DNA of 64,000 nucleotides. It comes from Candidatus Dormiibacterota bacterium. GTDB lineage: Bacteria > Chloroflexota > Dormibacteria > Aeolococcales > Aeolococcaceae. Below the pieces are notes generated by a model that saw only the letters and a list, made by a program, of their open reading frames with translations, searched no databases and was not told the origin of the DNA. The position numbers and the translations under genes are program-made. The stretch covers positions 76,639-140,638 of the forward strand of contig CAVPTG010000011.1 of the NCBI GenBank assembly GCA_963708605.1. Direction: 5' to 3'. Below, in pieces: positions 59,701 to 64,000 of the stretch (positions are counted from its first letter, which is position 1; each line of letters starts with the position of its first letter).

Positions 59701-60566
59701 GGGTGGGACCGTCGCCTCAGGGTTCGCAGCGTGCCCACTCGTTGCAGCGGACGGAGCATCGCCGCCCGTCCGGACCCGCCCTCGGTCGCAAGCAGGGTGA
59801 CCAGCATCTCGTGGAGCTTCGCCTGGTCGAGACCCCGGTAGATCTTGCCATCGTGCGCGATGCTGATCAGGCCCGTCTCCTCGCTGACGATGAGCACCAC
59901 CGCATCGCTCTGCATGGTGAGGCCGAGCGCCGCGCGGTGCCGCGTGCCCATCCGGCCCACCCCGGGCAGCGTCTCCGCCAGCGGGAGCACGCAGCCGGCC
60001 GCGATGATCCGGCTCTCCCGGATGATCACCGCCCCGTCGTGCAGCGGCGAGCCGGGGATGAAGATGGTGGCGAGCATCTCGGCGGTGACGTCGCCGTTGA
60101 CGTGAACGCCGGTGGCGGCCAGGTTCTCGAGCCCGGTCTCGCGCTCGAAGACGATCAGCGCGCCCACCTTGTGCTCGGAGAGCGATGCGGCCGCGCGCAG
60201 CACCTCGTCAACAGTGCGGGCATAGGCGAGCTCGGGCTGACGGCCGAGCACGGCGCGGACGGTCCCCAGCCGGCCGACCTGGTCGAGCGCGCGGCGCAGC
60301 TCCGGCTGGAACAGGACGATCGCGGCGATGACGATCGCCTGGGTCCCGTTGTTGAAGATGAACTCGAGCAGGCGAAGGTGCAGCAGCTGCGCCGCCCAGC
60401 CGACCGCGAAGATCACGCCGAGACCGAGGAGCAACTGGACCGCCTGTGTGCCTCGGATCAGCTTCAGGAGCTGATAGAGGAGGAAGGCGACCACGAGGAC
60501 GTCGAGTCCGTCGCGCCAGCTCAGGCTCTGCAGGAAGAAGTGGAGGTTGCGCAGCAGGTCGCTCAC
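59697..60566 (-). CDS. cdaA: diadenylate cyclase CdaA (DisA_N/DAC domain)
   Basis: 289 aa, 3 N-terminal TM helices. GALIVFE, PLHDGAVII and GTRHRAALG. Confidence 0.9.
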   Translation of the reverse strand: MSDLLRNLHFFLQSLSWRDGLDVLVVAFLLYQLLKLIRGTQAVQLLLGLGVIFAVGWAAQLLHLRLLEFIFNNGTQAIVIAAIVLFQPELRRALDQVGRLGTVRAVLGRQPELAYARTVDEVLRAAASLSEHKVGALIVFERETGLENLAATGVHVNGDVTAEMLATIFIPGSPLHDGAVIIRESRIIAAGCVLPLAETLPGVGRMGTRHRAALGLTMQSDAVVLIVSEETGLISIAHDGKIYRGLDQAKLHEMLVTLLATEGGSGRAAMLRPLQRVGTLRTLRRRSHP

Positions 60567-61510
60567 GCCGCTGCCTCGTGGCCGTCGCCCGCATAGATCA
60601 GGGCCAGCAGCGCCTGCTGCACCCAGAGGCGGTTCTCCGCCTGGTCGAACACCACCGAGTGCGGCCCGTCGATGACCGCGTCGGTGATCTCCTCACCACG
60701 GTGGGCGGGAAGGCAGTGCATGACCCGGACCCGCGGGGGCGCCAGCCCAACCAGGCTGTCGTTCACCTGGAGGTACGCGAAATCCTCGCGCCGGCGCTGC
60801 TGTTCGGTTTCCTGGCCCATGCTGGTCCAAACGTCGGTGTAGATGATTTCGGTATCGCGCAGTGCCGCAGCGGCCTCGTGAGTGATCTCGAAACCGATGC
60901 CCGGACCGCGGAGCCGCGCCGCCCGCTCGACGACGGCCGCGGCGGGCTCGTAGCCCGGCGGGCAGATCACCCGCAGGTGCACCCCGAGCAACGCCGCGGC
61001 GTAGATCCAGGACGTGCAGACGTTGTTCCCGTCCCCGATGTACGCGACCGTCGCGCCGGCGAGCCGCCCCGTGACCGAGCGCACCGTCATGCAATCGGCG
61101 AGCACCTGGCACGGATGCTCCGCATCGGTGAGCGCGTTGATCACCGGGGACGACGCGGCGCCGGCGATGGTCACGAGATCCCGGTGCGAGACCAGGCGGG
61201 CCACGATCCCATCCGCGTAGCGGTCGAGGATCCGGCTGATGTCGGCGGCCGACTCGCGCTCACCGAGCTGGACCTCGGGGTTGAACAGCGCGATCGGGTG
61301 ACCACCCAGACGGTGGATCGCCACCTCGAAGGACACCCGGGTGCGGTTGCTCGGCCGCTGGAAGATGAGCGCGAGCGACCGGCCCGCGAGCGGGCTGCCG
61401 AGATCGCGCCCCGCTTTGACCGCGTCGGCAAGGTCGAGCACGGCGATGATCTCGTCGGTGGTGAGGTCCGCGATGCTCAGCAGATCACGGCCGGCGAGGG
61501 AATGACCCAT
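60563..61510 (-). CDS. argF: ornithine carbamoyltransferase
   Basis: ATG 61510, 315 aa. FQRPSNRTRVSFE (STRTR variant), HPCQ, DVWTSMGQE and HCLPAHRGEE. Confidence 0.85.
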   Translation of the reverse strand: MGHSLAGRDLLSIADLTTDEIIAVLDLADAVKAGRDLGSPLAGRSLALIFQRPSNRTRVSFEVAIHRLGGHPIALFNPEVQLGERESAADISRILDRYADGIVARLVSHRDLVTIAGAASSPVINALTDAEHPCQVLADCMTVRSVTGRLAGATVAYIGDGNNVCTSWIYAAALLGVHLRVICPPGYEPAAAVVERAARLRGPGIGFEITHEAAAALRDTEIIYTDVWTSMGQETEQQRRREDFAYLQVNDSLVGLAPPRVRVMHCLPAHRGEEITDAVIDGPHSVVFDQAENRLWVQQALLALIYAGDGHEAAA

Positions 61511-61596
61511 CGGCCCATATGGTTGCACCGCGGCGTCGATCGCGCGTCCCGTATGCAATCCCGCGCACAGAAGGTCACACGCTATACCGTTCGGCC

Positions 61597-62601
61597 GTGG
61601 ACATCGCGGTGGTCGTGAACGGCGGAATGGCCGAAACGCTGCAGTCGACTCCCCTGCTGCGGACGCTGCGCGCGGGCTACCCGACCGCACGGATCGTCCT
61701 GGTCTGCCCCACCACCGCGGTCGACCTGGCCGACGGCATCCCGCCCGTCGACGCGGTCGTGCCCCTCGCCGGCCTTCGAGGCAAGCGGACCGGCGGCCTG
61801 CATCTCTGGGCGACGCTGCGGAGCCTCCGCCTCGATTCCGTGTTCCTCTGCACCTCCGGGTCCGCTCCCGCAACCGCCGCGTACTTCGCGGGCATCCCCG
61901 AGCGGAGCGGGGTCGGCGGCGGCATCGGGCTCCTCCTCACCGGCCGGGTGAAGCCGCGGCGATCCGAGAACCAGGCCGAGACGTGGCTTCGTCTCGCCGA
62001 GGTCGCCGGCGTCCACCAGCAGCTGCACACCCCCGTCTATGAACCTGGGCCCGAGGCACGGCGCCGGGCTGTCGACGTGCTGCATGGCAGCGGACTCGGC
62101 GACGGCCGTCTCCTCGTGGCGATCGCCCCGGGGGCCGGCTATGCCGAGAACCCCGGCGCGGCCGCGTCGGAAACGGTCTGGGACCCGGAGCGGTGGGCCC
62201 ATCTCGCCAACCTGCTCGCACAGCGCCACGGCGCCGGGATCCTGCTGGTCGGATCGGCGCACGACCGGCTGGCAGCCGAGCACATGAAGGTCGACCTGCG
62301 CGCGGCGGCGACCGACCTGGTCGGCGAGATCGACCTGGCCACGCTTGCGGGGGTGATCGCCCGGTGCGACCTCCTCGTGGGAAGCGACACGCCGCTGCTC
62401 CAGCTCGCGGCCGCGATGGACACGCCCACCGTCGGGCTGTTCGGTCCCACCGACGGCGCTCGTGGCGGGGCGTATGGCCCGGCGCACCGCGTGGTCCAGG
62501 CCATCGCACCACCCCGCTATGAAGATGGGGTCATGAGCCTCGCGACCATGGACCAGATCCGCGTGGAGGACGTGCTCGCCGGGATCGAAACGACGATCTG
62601 A
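61597..62601 (+). CDS. glycosyltransferase family 9 (heptosyltransferase-like)
   Basis: GTG 61597 (VDIAVVVNGGM). An ATG at 61519 would start 8 nt from the divergent argF start. GMAETLQSTPLLRTLR, WDPERWAHLA and LLVGSDTPLLQLAAAMDTPTVGLFGPT. Confidence 0.7.
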   Translation: MDIAVVVNGGMAETLQSTPLLRTLRAGYPTARIVLVCPTTAVDLADGIPPVDAVVPLAGLRGKRTGGLHLWATLRSLRLDSVFLCTSGSAPATAAYFAGIPERSGVGGGIGLLLTGRVKPRRSENQAETWLRLAEVAGVHQQLHTPVYEPGPEARRRAVDVLHGSGLGDGRLLVAIAPGAGYAENPGAAASETVWDPERWAHLANLLAQRHGAGILLVGSAHDRLAAEHMKVDLRAAATDLVGEIDLATLAGVIARCDLLVGSDTPLLQLAAAMDTPTVGLFGPTDGARGGAYGPAHRVVQAIAPPRYEDGVMSLATMDQIRVEDVLAGIETTI

Positions 62602-62603
62602 GT

Positions 62604-63602
62604 TCAGCGGATATACATCAGCGCGCGCTTGAGGACATCGAGGTTGTCGAGCGCGTACCCGGTCCCGCGAACGGCACACAGCTGCGGCTGACTCTCGCGG
62701 TGGACCTCGATCCCGGTGGCGGTGGCGATGGCGTCGTCCAAACCTTCGAGCTGCGCGCCGCCGCCGCAGAGCAGGATCCCCTCGCGCGTGATGTCACCCA
62801 TCAATCGCTCGGGCGTGTCGGCGATCACCGCGTCGATTGCGGCAATGATGGGGCGCACGTGCGCGTCGAGGCACGCGTTCAACTCGGTCGATGTGATCGT
62901 CAGGCTCGCCTGCCCACGCTCACCCTCTCCCATGACGTCGAGTCGCCGCTCCTCGTGAGGGCCGACCCGCGCGAGCGATGCGATCAACTCCTCGATGGTC
63001 GCGGCATCGAGGGTCACGCCGTGCTGCCGGCGGATGTGCTCGTCGACGCGCGCGTGGAGGCGCACGCCGCCATGACCCGCGAGGCAGCGGCCACTGACCG
63101 TGCCCTCGAGCGCCAGGGCTGCGATGTCGGTCTTGCCGGCGCCGACATCGACAATCAGGTGGCCATTGGGTCCGCTGAGGCGGACGCCCGCACCCATCGC
63201 CGCGGCCAATGGTGCATCCAACAGATAGGCGGTCCGCGCGCCGGCCAGTGCGGCGGCCTCGAGCAGTGACCTCCGCTGCGCTCCAGGCAACGACGACATC
63301 ACCGCGATCACCACGTCGGGCTTGAAGATGCGCTGCCGGCCCGCGGCCCGGATCATCGCGTGGTTGACGAGCCAGCGCGCCGACGCGGGGTCGGCGATCT
63401 CACCGCCGGCGATCGGGCGCCGCAGCTGAAATTCAGGATCCTCGGCGGCGGTCTCGAAAGCCGCATCGCCGAACACCGCCTGCTGCATGCCGCCGTCGCG
63501 GATCGCCACCGCAGTCGGTTCGGTCGCGATCATGCCCTCACCCTTGACGATGATCCTCGTCGTCGTCGTGCCGAGGTCGATGCCGACCTTCTTGCCCAGC
63601 AC
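62604..63602 (-). CDS. mreB: MreB-like actin-family rod-shape protein
   Basis: 332 aa. VGIDLGTTTT, LIVDVGAGKTDIA and ILLCGGGAQLEGLD. Confidence 0.8.
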   Translation of the reverse strand: MLGKKVGIDLGTTTTRIIVKGEGMIATEPTAVAIRDGGMQQAVFGDAAFETAAEDPEFQLRRPIAGGEIADPASARWLVNHAMIRAAGRQRIFKPDVVIAVMSSLPGAQRRSLLEAAALAGARTAYLLDAPLAAAMGAGVRLSGPNGHLIVDVGAGKTDIAALALEGTVSGRCLAGHGGVRLHARVDEHIRRQHGVTLDAATIEELIASLARVGPHEERRLDVMGEGERGQASLTITSTELNACLDAHVRPIIAAIDAVIADTPERLMGDITREGILLCGGGAQLEGLDDAIATATGIEVHRESQPQLCAVRGTGYALDNLDVLKRALMYIR

Positions 63603-63616
63603 TGCTTCCGAGTCCG

Positions 63617-64000
63617 TCAGTCGCCGACCACGCCGGTGAGGTCGCGCACCTCGGTCCCGGGCTCGTCGGTGACGACGCGTTCGATGTCGGCGCCGAGCCC
63701 GGCGAGCTTGGTCTCGAGGTCGTCGTAGCCGCGCTCGAGGTGAAACACGCGGTCGAGCTCGGTCGTGCCCTCGGCACAGAGCCCGGCGATCACCAGTGCC
63801 GCGCCGCTGCGGATGTCGGGGATGCTCATCCTCGTCCCATGGAGTCGCGCCGGTCCGTTGATCACCGCGCTGCGTCCGTCGATGGCGATGTGCGCACCCA
63901 TCTGCTGGAGGAACTCGACGTGGCGAAACCTGTTCTCGTACAACGCTTCGCTGATCACGCTCGGCCCGCTCGCCTGGGTCATCAGCGCGCAGAACTGCGG
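63617..64000 (-). CDS. murA: UDP-N-acetylglucosamine 1-carboxyvinyltransferase, C-terminal part (5' end outside window)
   Basis: EALYENRFRHVEFLQQMGAHI and HLERGYDDLETKLAGLGADIERV. The frame stays open to the window edge. Confidence 0.85.
   Translation of the reverse strand, partial: PQFCALMTQASGPSVISEALYENRFRHVEFLQQMGAHIAIDGRSAVINGPARLHGTRMSIPDIRSGAALVIAGLCAEGTTELDRVFHLERGYDDLETKLAGLGADIERVVTDEPGTEVRDLTGVVGD

Noticed and set aside
61519-61596. ATG at 61519 as the start of the GT9 glycosyltransferase.
   Set aside because: It would place the start 8 nt from the divergent argF start and add an Arg-rich, non-conserved 26-aa extension. GTG 61597 immediately precedes the conserved VVVNGGMAETL N-terminus.

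Overview
Very GC-rich bacterial chromosomal segment (GC not computed). Gene content looks Gram-positive-type, Actinomycetota-like or a related terrabacterial lineage, based on whiA, hemQ, an IdeR/DtxR box, CIRCE, and the tsaEBD/rimI and gap-pgk-tpiA synteny. I call about 60 protein genes, two CIRCE operators, one iron box and a few weaker regulatory candidates. I saw no rRNA, tRNA, CRISPR array, transposase or integrase.

The backbone is housekeeping:
- Glycolysis: gap-pgk-tpiA-gpmI.
- DNA repair: uvrC, ligA, pcrA/uvrD.
- Chaperonins: groES-groEL.
- t6A synthesis: tsaE/tsaB/rimI/tsaD.
- Cell envelope: alr, glmS, cdaA-cdaR, mreB, murA, and a CHAP hydrolase.

The most unusual points:
1. The conserved uvrC-rapZ-yvcK-whiA block is rewired. 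RapZ is reduced to its C-terminal domain. A 1035-aa zinc-ribbon/class III cyclase/STAND ATPase/TPR protein occupies the YvcK slot. All four genes are joined by GTGA overlaps.
2. An asparagine-synthase-type amidotransferase is fused to a CofE-like ligase domain and coupled to alr and a CN-hydrolase.
3. A second STAND/TPR/cyclase gene has the reverse domain order and carries two frameshifts.
4. Eight frame disruptions fall in seven otherwise intact genes, some of them essential, so this may be an assembly-quality problem. Two of them lie in the same 12-mer.
5. Two apparent CTG starts sit inside CTGA stop/start overlaps.
6. AcpS is fused to an NAD(P)HX dehydratase domain.
7. An ABC-2 exporter with a two-component system splits the tsa cluster.

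All family calls come from motif recognition by eye. Start codons are best guesses. No database search was run.
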